Assembly (NCBI GenBank): GCA_977030845.1
Contig: OZ365118.1
Location: 16,306,001-16,370,000, forward strand
Length of the DNA: 64,000 bases
Direction of reading: 5' to 3'
Source of the DNA: Fimbriosthenelais zetlandica
Lineage: Eukaryota
Shown here piece by piece: positions 63,277 to 64,000 of the stretch. The notes under the pieces are model-generated. The model did not search any database. It was not told where the DNA came from and worked only from the letters and a program-made list of their open reading frames with translations. Positions within the stretch are counted from its first letter, which is position 1. The number at the start of each line of letters is the position of its first letter. Both the position numbers and the translations under genes were made by a program.

Positions 63277-64000
63277 TAGTAAGGACCTATATAGAATATA
63301 GTTCCACATTCATGGCTCTGTTTGATCAATTGAGAGATCGACAATCAGGAAGGGTATCTTATTTGACACATATTCATGCAGTGTCAGTATACAAACAAAT
63401 CAGGAAATAACAGAACTGACACTGGGCATTTTAGTGAAGTACAGGTCATTGTAGAGTCAACTAAAACATAATACAGTCAGCCACAATCTGTGACCATAGT
63501 CAATATGTCATATCTGACACAGGGGACCAGTGTAAGGTGTCACATGACCGTATAACCTGGTCCCAGGGCAGGCTGGATGTCGTGAGAGAGAATGACCTAA
63601 CCAATAGGTTCTATAACATAACGCACTGCGCCATGTGTATGGCATTGTCTCTGGTATGCCGGCATGTGATTTATGAGTGAGTGACATTGAAACTCGCATG
63701 TCATAACTCTGATCTGGCACAATGACACGTGTGAAACAATACCCCGAGTTATCACGGGGGATTAAATGGGCGGAACGGCAGAAATAGCCTCTAGGTGAGG
63801 TGGTAGTCATGACATGGTAGTCATGGTAGTCATGGCGTGGACAGGCGGGGGGTGTTAGGTTGACGAGTGATTGTATCGATAGGAGAGATTGATGAACAAT
63901 GCTTGGCAGATTTTGTGTTTGTTTTGGCAGATTTGACATTGCAGTAGAGCTATACATGGTTGTCAAGTAGTTCCTCTCAAAACTGAGGAGGGATTTTGGA

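Noticed and set aside
63508-63966. Longest ORF in the track (152 aa)
   Set aside because: No recognisable motif; partly built from a 9-bp repeat.

Overview
Animal genomic DNA, AT-rich and CpG-poor, with GT-AG introns; a marine invertebrate or other non-vertebrate deuterostome is my inference and cannot be proven from the sequence. Two features are well supported. (1) A complete, compact 10-exon SLC22-family (organic ion transporter, MFS) gene on the + strand, 34139-37828, giving a 555-aa ORF after splicing. (2) A 5,274-bp DIRS1-type tyrosine-recombinase retroelement on the - strand (46084->40811). It was found from its terminal geometry: imperfect inverted terminal repeats, a 49-bp right extension, and an internal complementary region (ICR) that exactly reproduces the predicted circle junction around a shared GATTA core. 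Its termini and ICR match with no mismatches, yet its RT/RNase H/MT/YR-like coding is stop-riddled and barely recognisable, which suggests a full-size non-autonomous element moved in trans. The rest of the window looks like decayed, unclassifiable repeat DNA with GA/CT tracts, short tandem arrays and several CpG-rich promoter-like motif clusters. Apart from SLC22 exon fragments and three in-frame pieces of the DIRS RT, the ORF-track ORFs look spurious.
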